Of a stretch of 64,000 nucleotides of DNA, positions 45,651-54,938 are shown in pieces; the stretch's first letter is position 1, and the number at the start of each line of letters is the position of its first letter. This DNA is from Nannocystis sp. GTDB lineage: Bacteria > Myxococcota_A > Polyangia > Nannocystales > Nannocystaceae. The notes under the pieces were generated by a model, which was not told where the DNA came from, ran no database searches, and saw only the letters and a list, made by a program, of their open reading frames with translations. The DNA is taken from positions 260,669-324,668 of the forward strand of contig NZ_JADJNN010000008.1 in NCBI RefSeq assembly GCF_016714285.1, written 5' to 3'. A program made the position numbers and the translations under genes.

Positions 45651-47627
45651 TTGACCGAAGACAAGCGCCCGTGGCCTGCGCTAAGCTCGCGGCCCGTGGA
45701 GTCCCGAAGCCCGAAGGTGCGCCGCAGCGGCCCCGCGCGCGTCGATCCCCAGCCGGGGCAGACGATCGGCGGCCGCTACACGATCGTCCGCCTGATCGCG
45801 CGCGGTGGGGTCGGTCTCGTCTACCTCGCGCGCCAGTCGGTCAGCAACGTGGCCGTCGTGGTCAAGGTGCTGGCGGCCAACCTCGTCGGCGACAGCGAGG
45901 CCAGCGCTCGCTTCGATCGCGAGGCGCAGCGCCTGCGCGGCGTGCAACACCCGAACATCGTCGAGATGGTCGACTACGGCCACGCCAACGGCTCGGCCTA
46001 CCTCGTGATGGAGTACCTGCAGGGCGAGCTGCTCAGCGCCTACGCGGCGCGGAAGGGCCCGCTGCTGCTCGCCGACTTCGTGCCGATCGCGGCGCAGATC
46101 CTCAAGGCCGTCGGCTACGCGCACAGCCTCGGGCTCATGCATCGCGACCTCAAGCCGACGAACATCATGCTGTGCGTCCGCCAGGGCCGCGGCAACTTCG
46201 TCAAGATCCTCGACTTTGGCATGGCCAAGCTGATCGAGGGCGAGCGCGACATCACCTCGGAGCAGATCGTCGGCACCGCCAACTATCTCTCGCCGGAGCA
46301 GATCCGGGGCGAGCCGCTCGACGCCCGCGTCGACGTGTACGCGATCGGCATCACCTTCTACGCGCTGCTCGCCGGGCGCCTGCCCTTCGCCGCCGATAAC
46401 AACGCGGCGCTGCTGTACAAGCACGTGCACGAGCCCCCGCCGCGGCTCGGCGACGTGCTGCCCGCCGGTCACGACGTGCCGGCCGGGCTCATCGCGCTGA
46501 TCCATCGCTGCCTCGCCAAGTCCGTCGCCGACCGCCCCGCCGACGCCAACGCGTTGGTCAAGCAGCTGGTCGACTGCGTGCCCGGCGAGCTGTTCCACCT
46601 GCCCGTCGCGGAGGGCGGCGCGGCGTCGCCGTCGTCGTCCTACGCGGTGCTGCCCGAGGGCGTCGATGCGGGGCCCGAGGACCTGAGCGGGCGGCTGACC
46701 CGGCCGGTGCAGTCGCTGCGTGACGCCGCGACCACCGAGCCGAGGAAGGTCGCCGAGGCCCGGAGGGCGGCCGCCCCGGCAGCGTTGGTCGCGGGGACCG
46801 GCGCGGGGACTGGCGCGGGGACCGGCGCGGCCGGGACCGCGAGTCGCGGCCGGTCACGCGTGCGGGTCCAGGTGCGGCCCGCTGCGCCCGTACCGGTCGC
46901 CTCGCCGTTGCTGACGAGCCCGCCCGACGAGGGCGGCAAGCTGTGGATCGGCCTCGCCGTGGTGGTGCTGCTCGGCTTGCTCGGGCTCGCCGGATATCTC
47001 CTCAACCGCGGGGCGGCCCAGCCCGCCGCACGCCCGACCCCGCAGATCGACGAGCGTCGGCTCGTCGCGGGCCTCGAGCAGGTCGAGCTCGACATCAACA
47101 CTGGCAAGCTCGAGCGCGCTCGCTCGGGGCTCGGCGAGCTCGACCCGAGGATCGCCGCTGGCTCGAGCCTGCGCCCCCGCGCCGACACGGCCCGCAGGCG
47201 CCTCGATGTGGCGGAGGCGATGCTGGACGCCGAACGTCTCGAGGACGCGGACGACCGGGCGGCGGCCCAGAGCCGCTACCGCGACGTGCTGACCCTCGAT
47301 CCGGGGCACGCCGAGGCTCAGGCGGCGCTCGCTCGTCTCAGCAGCGCCACACCGACGGGTGTCCCGATCTCGGTGCCGAAGACCCGCCCGCCGCGTCCCG
47401 CGAGTCCTGCCGGCGAGGCGCAGCCGGGCGAGACGAAGCCTGCCGGCGAGACGATGCCTGCCGGCGAGGCGAAGCCCCCGGTCACGGCGAAGGCCACCGA
47501 TCGCGGGGTCGAGGGCCCGGTCGAGGTCACACAGGAGGGGCAGGGCGAGGGCCAGAGCGGGCTCATCCCCGGCGTCAAGAAGCCGGACGGACCGGTCTTC
47601 TTGCCCACCGAAGCGCCCGGCAAGTGA
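45651..47627 (+). CDS. Ser/Thr protein kinase with C-terminal TPR-like region (paralog of 40910..42844)
   Basis: GGRYTIVRLIARGGVGLVYLA, HRDLKPTNIML, DFGMAKL, GTANYLSPEQ; start approximate. Confidence 0.85.
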   Translation: MTEDKRPWPALSSRPVESRSPKVRRSGPARVDPQPGQTIGGRYTIVRLIARGGVGLVYLARQSVSNVAVVVKVLAANLVGDSEASARFDREAQRLRGVQHPNIVEMVDYGHANGSAYLVMEYLQGELLSAYAARKGPLLLADFVPIAAQILKAVGYAHSLGLMHRDLKPTNIMLCVRQGRGNFVKILDFGMAKLIEGERDITSEQIVGTANYLSPEQIRGEPLDARVDVYAIGITFYALLAGRLPFAADNNAALLYKHVHEPPPRLGDVLPAGHDVPAGLIALIHRCLAKSVADRPADANALVKQLVDCVPGELFHLPVAEGGAASPSSSYAVLPEGVDAGPEDLSGRLTRPVQSLRDAATTEPRKVAEARRAAAPAALVAGTGAGTGAGTGAAGTASRGRSRVRVQVRPAAPVPVASPLLTSPPDEGGKLWIGLAVVVLLGLLGLAGYLLNRGAAQPAARPTPQIDERRLVAGLEQVELDINTGKLERARSGLGELDPRIAAGSSLRPRADTARRRLDVAEAMLDAERLEDADDRAAAQSRYRDVLTLDPGHAEAQAALARLSSATPTGVPISVPKTRPPRPASPAGEAQPGETKPAGETMPAGEAKPPVTAKATDRGVEGPVEVTQEGQGEGQSGLIPGVKKPDGPVFLPTEAPGK

Positions 47628-47637
47628 TCCGAGGCGG

Positions 47638-48870
47638 TCAGGGCGTGCAGGCCACGGACGCGACCGTGAGGTCGTCGACGCTCCAGCCGGCGAAGTCCGG
47701 CGCGCCCGCGACGCGCTCGACGCACACGCGCACGCGGAAGTTCTTGGCCTGATTGCCGCTCGCGTCGAACTTCACGAAGGTCCAGTCGGCGTCGTCGCTC
47801 AGCTGGTCGTAGCCGGTCTCGAGGTTCTTCCAGCTCGCGCCGTTCCACACGTCGATCGTGTGGATCACCTTGGGCAGGGCGGGCGCGTGGAGGTGACGCC
47901 AGAAGCTGACCCACAGCGAGCCCTTGACCTTGCTGGTGTCGATCGGCGGCGAGCTGATGCATGCGACGTCGTGGCCGTCGTCGGCGTCGAGGCCACCGAC
48001 CGCGGTGCCGGCGAGCATGCCGTCGGCGCCCGGCGAGTGATCGTCGGCCGGGTCAGCGCCGCCGACCCCAGCCGGCGAGGCCTGGGCCTTGGCGAAGTCC
48101 CACAGCTTGTCCTGCTCCCAGCCGGGGGCCGGCGCCGTGAAGTCCTCGAAGAACAGCGCGCCCGCCTCGCTGGTCGTGCAGCTGCCGGCCTTGCAGGTCG
48201 ACACCACGGTGCAGCTGTCGCCGTCGTCGCAGTCGCTGCCGTCTTTCAGGTCGGCGGCCAGGCAGGCGCCGCTGTTCGGGTCGCACTGGCCGAGCGTGCA
48301 CGCCGAGTCGAAGCCGGAGCAGTCGACCTGCTCGAGCGGGGCGCAGGCGCCGGCCTGGCAGCTCGAGCTCAGGCTGCACAGCGAGCCGTCGTCGCAGGCC
48401 TTGCCTTCGTTCGCCGGCGCCGCGACGCACTCGAAGCTCTGCAGGTCGCAGCTGCCGGCCGTACAGAGCCCGTCGAGTGACTCGCAGGCGCTGTCGTCGA
48501 GGCAGGCCGGGACCACACACAGGCCCTGCGCGCAGGCCATGCTGGCGCAGTCCTTGCTGTCTTTGCAGCCATGTCCCACGGGACAGGCGTCGCAGGGGCC
48601 GCCGCAGTCGACGTCGCTCTCGCCCTGGTTCTGCTCGCCGTCGTCGCAGCTCGGCGGTGGCCCGCCGGAGCTGCTCGAGCTGACGGAGCCGACCGTGCTG
48701 GTCATGATCGGGCCGTCGTCGCTGCTCGTGCTCTCGGCGGGCTCGCCGGTGCTGGCCGCCCCGCCGTCGCCGCTGCTGCCATCGACGATCGGCGGCGGTG
48801 ACAGGCACCCCGTCGTCGCCACCATGAAGATCGCTTGCGCGGCCCACCGCCGCACCCCACCCACCACCAT
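47638..48870 (-). CDS. Cys-rich lipoprotein with myxobacterial disulfide-repeat-like units and C-terminal beta domain
   Basis: Signal MVVGGVRRWAAQAIFMVATTGC; repeated C..C..DG..C motifs (CDDGSLCSLSSSCQAGAC, GSDCDDGDSCTVVSTCKAGSC). Confidence 0.65.
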   Translation of the reverse strand: MVVGGVRRWAAQAIFMVATTGCLSPPPIVDGSSGDGGAASTGEPAESTSSDDGPIMTSTVGSVSSSSSGGPPPSCDDGEQNQGESDVDCGGPCDACPVGHGCKDSKDCASMACAQGLCVVPACLDDSACESLDGLCTAGSCDLQSFECVAAPANEGKACDDGSLCSLSSSCQAGACAPLEQVDCSGFDSACTLGQCDPNSGACLAADLKDGSDCDDGDSCTVVSTCKAGSCTTSEAGALFFEDFTAPAPGWEQDKLWDFAKAQASPAGVGGADPADDHSPGADGMLAGTAVGGLDADDGHDVACISSPPIDTSKVKGSLWVSFWRHLHAPALPKVIHTIDVWNGASWKNLETGYDQLSDDADWTFVKFDASGNQAKNFRVRVCVERVAGAPDFAGWSVDDLTVASVACTP

Positions 48871-48934
48871 GGGCTCCACGCTAACGGCCGCTCGCGCCGC
48901 GGACAAGCGCCGCGTATGGCGCGTCGCACGGGCA

Positions 48935-49012
48935 CCTGTCCGCGAGGACAGGGTATCGCGCCCGGCCGCGCGGCCGTGGGCGCCTTCGTCCGGAGCTGTC
49001 CTTTCGGTCAGG
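48935..49012. repeat. Two REP-like palindromes (CCTGTCCGCGAGGACAGGG; GCTGTCCTTTCGGTCAGG)
   Basis: Between lipoprotein start and histidine-kinase stop. Confidence 0.7.
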
Positions 49013-49032
49013 CAGCGCGGGAGCCCGCGTGA

Positions 49033-50808
49033 TCACGCGGTCGGCGGATCGGGGAGCCAGCAGGTCACGATCGTGCCGCCGCCCTCGCGCGCCTCGATGC
49101 GCAGGCTGCCGCCGTGGGCCTCGACGATCTCGCGGCACAGCGCGAGGCCGAGGCCCGAGCCGGTGCGCTTGGTCGAGTAGAAGGGCAGCAGCACCTTCGA
49201 CATCAGCGCGGGCGGGATGCCCGGTCCGCGGTCGAGCACCTGCACGTCGTAGCCGCCCTCCGCCCGGGCCAGGCGCACGGCCACGCCGCTGTCGGTGCCG
49301 CCGGCCTCGACCGCGTTCTTGAGCAGGTTGATCAGCGCCTGCTCGATCTGCGAGCGGTCGATGTGGGCCATCGCGTTGAGGTCGGTCGGGCTGGCGATCA
49401 GCTCGAAGCGCACGAAGTCGATGAGGCGGTCGAACAGGCTGCGCCACTTGAGCGCCTCGATCCGCGGCTGGGGCAGGCGGGCGAATTGAGTGTAGCCGCG
49501 GAGGAACTCGCCGAGGTGCTTGGCCCGCTCCTCGATGGTGTCGATGATGCGGTCGAGCCGGGCGTCGCGCGCCTCGGCGGCGTTGATCAGGCGGGCCGAG
49601 TGCAGCAGCGAGGTGATCGGCGCGAGGGTGTTGCCGATCTCGTGGGCGATGAGGCGGAGCACCTTCTTCCACACCTCGACCTCCTGGCGGGCGAGCTCGT
49701 GGGTCAGCTGCTTGACGGTGTAGGCGGTGTGCGGGCGGCCGCCCATCTGCACGCCGCGCTGCACGAGGTGGTAGGCCTCGAACTCGCTGCCCGGCCGCTC
49801 GACGGTGAAGAGGGCGTCGCGTCCGCGGGCGATCGCCTCGCGCAGCTCGCTCGGCTGGTCGGCCAGGACCTCGGCGAAGACCGCCCCGATCAAGCGCACA
49901 TCCGGGGCCTTGAGCCAGGTCTGCGCGGCGAGGTTGACGTACACGATCTGGCCGAGCTCGTCGCACAGCACGTAGGCGCTGGTGGTGACGGCGAGCAGCG
50001 TCTCCAGCAGCACCTCGCGCTCCTCGATCTCGAGCTGCGCCCGGCGCAGCGCGGTGATGTCGTTGATGAAGCCCTCGATAGCGATCAGCCCGCCCGCGGG
50101 GTCGTACACGCCCTGGCCCTGCTCCCACAGCCAGCGGTCCTCGCCCCGGGCGGTGCGCACGCGGTAGGTGGTGCGGTAGGGTCGGCGCTCGGCGACGCCC
50201 TGTTGGACCGCGTCCCACACCGCCTCGCGATCGTCGGGGTGAATGATCGACGCGTAGCTGATCGGGCCCGAGACGAAGGACTCGGCGCTGTACCCGGTGA
50301 TCTCCAGGCAGCCGGCGCTCATGAACTCCAGCGGCCACTCGCGGTCGTTGAGGCAGCGGAACACGATGCCCGGCAGGTTGCTGATCAGGGTGGCGAGGGT
50401 GCGGTGGCTCTCGCGGGCTTCGGCCTCGGCGGCGTGTCGGCGCCCGAGCAGGGCCAGCGTGCGCTCGACCGCCTCGAGCCGCGCGGACAGGCCGGCCGGG
50501 CTGAACGGGCGCAGCAGGAAGTCCATCGCGCCGCCGGCCAGCAGCGCGGCCGCGCGGCCCTCGTCGGCGGTCACCGCGAGGATGAGCGTGTCCGGGTCGG
50601 TGAACACGGCCCGCAGCGCGCGCTCATCGACGAGGCAGCGATCGTCGACGACGGCGAGGCGCAGGCCGTAGCACGGCGTCGACGGCAGCGTCGCGGCGAA
50701 CTCGAGGCGATAGCCGCGGGCCTGCAGCAACTTGGCGAAGGCGGCCCGTAGCGCATCGTCGGCGGTCAGGACCAGGGTGCGGGGCGCGAGGCCCGGGTCG
50801 CTAGCGAC
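49033..50808 (-). CDS. Hybrid sensor histidine kinase (REC-like - PAS - HisKA - HATPase_c)
   Basis: H-box LIAHEIGNTLAPI, N/G boxes LLKNAVEAG...DRGPGIP...GSGLGLAL; PAS region; N-terminal receiver-like domain; start approximate (GTG ~50808, must precede bcp stop). Confidence 0.8.
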   Translation of the reverse strand, partial: VASDPGLAPRTLVLTADDALRAAFAKLLQARGYRLEFAATLPSTPCYGLRLAVVDDRCLVDERALRAVFTDPDTLILAVTADEGRAAALLAGGAMDFLLRPFSPAGLSARLEAVERTLALLGRRHAAEAEARESHRTLATLISNLPGIVFRCLNDREWPLEFMSAGCLEITGYSAESFVSGPISYASIIHPDDREAVWDAVQQGVAERRPYRTTYRVRTARGEDRWLWEQGQGVYDPAGGLIAIEGFINDITALRRAQLEIEEREVLLETLLAVTTSAYVLCDELGQIVYVNLAAQTWLKAPDVRLIGAVFAEVLADQPSELREAIARGRDALFTVERPGSEFEAYHLVQRGVQMGGRPHTAYTVKQLTHELARQEVEVWKKVLRLIAHEIGNTLAPITSLLHSARLINAAEARDARLDRIIDTIEERAKHLGEFLRGYTQFARLPQPRIEALKWRSLFDRLIDFVRFELIASPTDLNAMAHIDRSQIEQALINLLKNAVEAGGTDSGVAVRLARAEGGYDVQVLDRGPGIPPALMSKVLLPFYSTKRTGSGLGLALCREIVEAHGGSLRIEAREGGGTIVTCWLPDPPTA

Positions 50809-50897
50809 GGACACGCGGGGCAGGGTAACCAAAATTCGGCCGGCCACGGGGCGGGCCGGAGGCTCCGCCCGCCCCGCGCCACGTAGTGTGGTGGGCG

Positions 50898-51503
50898 TCA
50901 GCGCGCAGTGGCCGCGAGCAGCACGGCCTCGGCGTGGCCAGGCACCCGTACCGGCCGCCACAGCGCCTCGATGCGGCCATCGGCGCCGATCAGGAAGGTG
51001 CTGCGAACGATCCCCTCGAGCTTGCGGCCGTACATCAGCTTCTCGCCGTAGGCCCCGTAGCTGCGGGCCACCGCGTGGTCGAGGTCCGAGAGCAGCGGGA
51101 AGCCGAGGCCCTGCTTGTCGCGGAAGCGGGCGTGGGACTTGAGGTCGTCGCCGCTGACCCCGAGCACCGTCACGCCAGCCTTCGTGAAGGCCGCCTGGCG
51201 GTCGCGAAAGTCGCAGGCTTCCACGGTGCAGCCGGGGGTGCTGTCGCGCGGATAGAAGTAGAGCACCACTCGCTTGCCGCGCAGGGCGGCCAGCGAGTGC
51301 TCGCGGCCGTCGTCGCCGGGGAGGCTGAAGGCGGGCGCCAGATCGCCGAGGTGCGGGCTGGCCTTTGGTTCCTGTCCCGAAGGACTGGCTGGGTTCGCCG
51401 TGGGCGGGGCGGGCTGGGTCGCCGCCGACTTGGCGGCGGTGGTGGTGGACTTGGCGGGGCTGCGACCTGGCATGCGGGTGACCTCCGTGGTCTGCTCCTT
51501 CAT
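50898..51503 (-). CDS. bcp: Thioredoxin-dependent peroxiredoxin Bcp (AhpC/TSA family)
   Basis: LGDLAPAFSLPGDDG...VVLYFYPRDSTPGCTVEAC; ~50-aa N-terminal extension of doubtful coding status (contains REP-like element 51370-51387). Confidence 0.75.
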   Translation of the reverse strand: MKEQTTEVTRMPGRSPAKSTTTAAKSAATQPAPPTANPASPSGQEPKASPHLGDLAPAFSLPGDDGREHSLAALRGKRVVLYFYPRDSTPGCTVEACDFRDRQAAFTKAGVTVLGVSGDDLKSHARFRDKQGLGFPLLSDLDHAVARSYGAYGEKLMYGRKLEGIVRSTFLIGADGRIEALWRPVRVPGHAEAVLLAATAR

Positions 51504-51635
51504 ACCTGCCGCCGCGCGGCGTGGGCAATCCCGGTGCGGCGTGGCGCTGCGGAGCGACGGTCCTCGGCGGCGAGTGCGGGGCAGATCTTCGGCCCCGAGG
51601 CGCGTTCAGGCCGGGGGGGTCGGGCCCGCGGCCCG

Positions 51636-51700
51636 CATGGCCTGTCATGGCCTGTCATGGCCTGTCATGGCCTGTCATGGCCTGTTATGGCCCCGCATGG
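51636..51700. repeat. Tandem 10-bp repeat CATGGCCTGT x5 plus degenerate sixth unit
   Basis: In divergent intergenic region between bcp and lipoprotein gene 51825. Confidence 0.85.
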
Positions 51701-51824
51701 TCCAGCCACGGGCCCGCCTGCGCCCCACCCACCGGTCACCGACCGCGAGCCGCGGCGGCATTGCTTTACACGCGCGGCGTGGCCCGGCTAAAGTCGGGCT
51801 CCTCTGGACGACAGGACACACGAC

Positions 51825-52616
51825 ATGATCGGTGGTTTGCGCTCTGCTCTCGGCGTTCTGGCGCTCGCGCTGCTCCTTCCCGGGCTCTCGGCCTGTGGCG
51901 GCGGAGATTCGAAGTCTCTCGCCGAGAAGATGGCGGGGGACCCCGAGGCCGAGGCCCTGGCGAAGGCCGGCTACAAGCCGAACCCCAAGCCGCGCCCGGA
52001 GGGCCTGCCGCCGCCGACCGACGCGGAGTTCAAGGCCTGGGACCGCAAGGACCCGGAGGGCGAGAAGCACCTCTACAAGTTCGACAAGGCCAACCTCACC
52101 AAGATGCTCAACTACTGGAAGGAGCTCGACTGCTTCCGCGAGAAGATGAAGAGCGAGGGCGACAAGGTGCTCGGGGCGGAGCCCGGCACTCCGCTCGAGG
52201 AGCAGTGGATCGTCTTCAAGCAGATCTTCATCCCGATGGTGAACACCTGGCAGCAGCGGCTCCTGGCCACGGAGCCGCGCATCCTCGAGAAGTCCAAGCT
52301 CATCGGGCACTTCCTCGAGGCGCACGAGCTGGTGATGAACGGCTGGCCCGACGCCTACAACAACAACGACAAGGTCGCGATCGCCACCGCGGACGCGCAC
52401 TGGACCATCGTCGAGAACAAGATCATCAAGTACCTGAAGAACATCAGCCAGGAGGAGCTGCCGAAGGACGACTTGACCGACCCCAAGGTCAAGGAGAAGC
52501 ACGACAAGTTCTGCGCTGCGGCCCTGAACCCGCCGAAGAACACGGGCAAGGCCAAGATCAAGTACGTCGGCAAGGGCAGCGGCGGGGCCAAGAAGCTCAA
52601 TATGGGCGACGACTGA
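51825..52616 (+). CDS. Lys-rich hypothetical lipoprotein (lower GC than surroundings)
   Basis: Signal/lipobox LALLLPGLSAC; composition K/E/N-rich, AT-richer codons. Confidence 0.6.
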   Translation: MIGGLRSALGVLALALLLPGLSACGGGDSKSLAEKMAGDPEAEALAKAGYKPNPKPRPEGLPPPTDAEFKAWDRKDPEGEKHLYKFDKANLTKMLNYWKELDCFREKMKSEGDKVLGAEPGTPLEEQWIVFKQIFIPMVNTWQQRLLATEPRILEKSKLIGHFLEAHELVMNGWPDAYNNNDKVAIATADAHWTIVENKIIKYLKNISQEELPKDDLTDPKVKEKHDKFCAAALNPPKNTGKAKIKYVGKGSGGAKKLNMGDD

Positions 52617-52620
52617 TCCG

Positions 52621-53160
52621 ATGGCTCCGGCCAGCGAATCCGTCAGCTCCGCGTCTGCTGCGGGGAAGGGCCCAGTACAGGGCCCAGCGAAGGGGAGTGA
52701 CCCGGCGCAGGCCGAGGCGCTGGCGACCGAGCTCTCGCACGACCTCATGTCGCCCTACTGCCCGGGACGGACGATCGCCACCTGCCCCTCGCCGCAGGCG
52801 CGCAAGCTCGAGAGCCACATCCTCGAGCAGGCCCAGCAAGGCAAGTCGCGCGTGGAGATCGAGGCGGCCCTGGCGGAGCGCTTCCCCGACATCCGCGGCT
52901 ACATCGGCCGCCCGGAGATCATCTACGGCACTGCGCTTCTGGCCCTGATAGCGATCGTCGGCCTGGTCCTGGTCGGTCGCCGCTGGGTCCGTCAGACCCG
53001 CGCGCGGGCGGCCGTCGGGTCCGTGGGGGCCGTCGTCGGGGCCAGCGGGGCCCTGAGCACCGACCTGCCGGCCCCCGGTGGCCCTGGCGCGGCTGGCAAG
53101 CCCTCACGCAGCGAGGTCGACGCGCTGGACGACGCGCTCGATCGCATCGACGAGTTCTAA
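52621..53160 (+). CDS. CcmH/NrfF-like domain membrane protein with atypical Cys spacing (C-X8-C)
   Basis: LSHDLMSPYCPGRTIATCPS...LESHILEQAQQGKSRVEIEAALAERFPD...IIYGTALLALIAIVGL resembles CcmH fold (motif-helix-GxS-EI-F TM) but lacks canonical LRCxxC. Confidence 0.45.
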   Translation: MAPASESVSSASAAGKGPVQGPAKGSDPAQAEALATELSHDLMSPYCPGRTIATCPSPQARKLESHILEQAQQGKSRVEIEAALAERFPDIRGYIGRPEIIYGTALLALIAIVGLVLVGRRWVRQTRARAAVGSVGAVVGASGALSTDLPAPGGPGAAGKPSRSEVDALDDALDRIDEF

Positions 53161-53189
53161 AGCTCGCGGGGCCAGGCGCTGTATTCGGC

Positions 53190-54938
53190 ATGGGGCCGCC
53201 TGCGCGCATCCCGCGGCGGCGAGCAGCCTTGAGTCGGCTCGCCCCTTCGGGGTACTCCTGGCGTGTGCTGACCGTAGTAGTCCATGAGAAGGGCGGCCAA
53301 ACCCAGCGTTTCTCCTTCAAGGGCGACAGCTTCTCGATCGGCCGCGAGGATGACAACGACCTCGTGCTCGACCGGGTCAACGTGTCGAAGCACCACCTGC
53401 AGTTCGTCAAGGTCGATTCGCGCGTCGACGTCGTCGACCTCGAGAGCACCAACGGGACCTACCTCAACGGGCGCAAGGTGGCCGCGCCGCGGACCGTGCG
53501 GCGCACCGACCGGGTCTACGTGGGTGACTACATCCTCATGCTCGAGGGCGATGACGCGGTCCTCGCGGTCGCCAGTCGCGAGGGTGAGAAGCGGCGCGGC
53601 GGGACCTCGCCGGGCGCGCGCCCGGGCGAGCTCACGGCCGACGACACCGGCCTCGTGACCTCGGCGCAGCGCGTCGCCGCGGCGGGGATCGAGAGCAGCT
53701 ACCTCGACGGCCTGGCCGCGCAGATCCACCAGACCTTGCTCAAGGCGGTGCCGCGGCTCGACCCGCTGCAGGCCAACGACATCAGCGACGACGAGCGCAA
53801 GGAGGTCATCGAGATGGTCGACGGCGTGCTCGCCGACCTGCGCGACTCGCAGCAGATCGAGGCCACCGTCGACATCGGCCCGTTCCGCGAGCGGGTGCTC
53901 CGCGAGGCGCTCGAGTGGGGCCCGCTCGGCGACCTCATGCGCGACGACAGCGTGCGCGAGATCCAGGTGGTCGGCACCGGACCGCTGCACGTGATCCGCG
54001 ACGGCGGCGTGCCGGACCGCCTCGAGCTGCGCTTCACCAGCGACGGCGCCCTCATGCGCGTGATCCAGCGGATGACCCGCAAGCGCGGCCTGCTCGCCGA
54101 GGGCTCGCACGTGCTCGAGGGGACGATCGACCACGGCTTCTACCTCTACGCCCTGATCCCGCCGCACCCGGCGCGGCAGCTGGTGCTGAGCCTCCGGCGC
54201 ATGCGCACCGACGCCAACAACCTGACCGCGCTGGTCCAGGAGGGCGTGCTGAGCCCGGACATGCGCGAGCTGCTGGTGCTGGTGCTGCGGGCCTGTCGAC
54301 GCGTGCTGGTGTGCGCCTCGGGCGGGGTCAACCTCGACCGCTTCACCCGCGCGCTGATCGGCGAGATCCCCGACTCGCTGCGCGTCGCCTGCATCTCGGA
54401 CTCGGGCCGCCTCGGCAACCGCAAGGGTTGGGTGCAGGTCCGTCGCCTCACCGAGGTCGGGGACAAGATCGACCTCCAGCACGTGCTCAACGTGCTGCTG
54501 CGCGGCGGCCTCGATCTGCTCATCTCGCAGCAGTGCGGCCACAGCGACGCGGCCGCGGTGATCGACGCGCTGGCCGGGGCGAGCCGCGGCGCGGTGGTCT
54601 CGCTGTGGGGCATCAACACGGCGCACGCGCTGTCGCGGCTGGCCGCCCTCGGCACCGTCTCCGGCGGTGCGGCCCAGGGCCTGACCCTGTCGCTGGCGCA
54701 CGCGATCGACCTGGTGGTCCGCCTCAACAGCGGGGTCAGCCTCGAGTCGATGCAGGTGATCGAGATCGTCGAGCCGAACACCCGCGCGGACGGCACGATC
54801 GAGTACCGCCCGCTGTTCGTCGCCGCCAAGGCCGAGGACGGCACCACGGAGTTCAGGAGCACGCCGCACGTGGCCGACTTCCTGCGCCGGCTCGCCGACC
54901 AGGGCGCCGAGGTCCCGCAGCGCCTGCGGAGCCTGTGA
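53190..54938 (+). CDS. FHA domain fused to CpaF/TadA (VirB11-like) secretion-ATPase homolog with degenerate Walker A
   Basis: FHA: FSIGREDDNDLVLDRVNVSKHHLQF...TNGTYLNG; ATPase core aligns to CpaF (DDSVREIQVVGTGPLHVIRDGG, IPPHP, GHSDAAAVIDAL..NTAHALSRL) but P-loop replaced by VCASGGVNLDRFT; start approximate. Confidence 0.7.
   Translation: MGPPARIPRRRAALSRLAPSGYSWRVLTVVVHEKGGQTQRFSFKGDSFSIGREDDNDLVLDRVNVSKHHLQFVKVDSRVDVVDLESTNGTYLNGRKVAAPRTVRRTDRVYVGDYILMLEGDDAVLAVASREGEKRRGGTSPGARPGELTADDTGLVTSAQRVAAAGIESSYLDGLAAQIHQTLLKAVPRLDPLQANDISDDERKEVIEMVDGVLADLRDSQQIEATVDIGPFRERVLREALEWGPLGDLMRDDSVREIQVVGTGPLHVIRDGGVPDRLELRFTSDGALMRVIQRMTRKRGLLAEGSHVLEGTIDHGFYLYALIPPHPARQLVLSLRRMRTDANNLTALVQEGVLSPDMRELLVLVLRACRRVLVCASGGVNLDRFTRALIGEIPDSLRVACISDSGRLGNRKGWVQVRRLTEVGDKIDLQHVLNVLLRGGLDLLISQQCGHSDAAAVIDALAGASRGAVVSLWGINTAHALSRLAALGTVSGGAAQGLTLSLAHAIDLVVRLNSGVSLESMQVIEIVEPNTRADGTIEYRPLFVAAKAEDGTTEFRSTPHVADFLRRLADQGAEVPQRLRSL

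Noticed and set aside
43721-45664. 647-aa minus-strand ORF
   Set aside because: Antisense to PBP-fold lipoprotein gene; Gly/Arg/Asp low complexity
51404-51503. N-terminal 50-aa extension of Bcp
   Set aside because: Kept only as an uncertainty: contains a REP-like palindrome and low-complexity Ala/Thr/Pro text, but no alternative canonical start immediately precedes the conserved core
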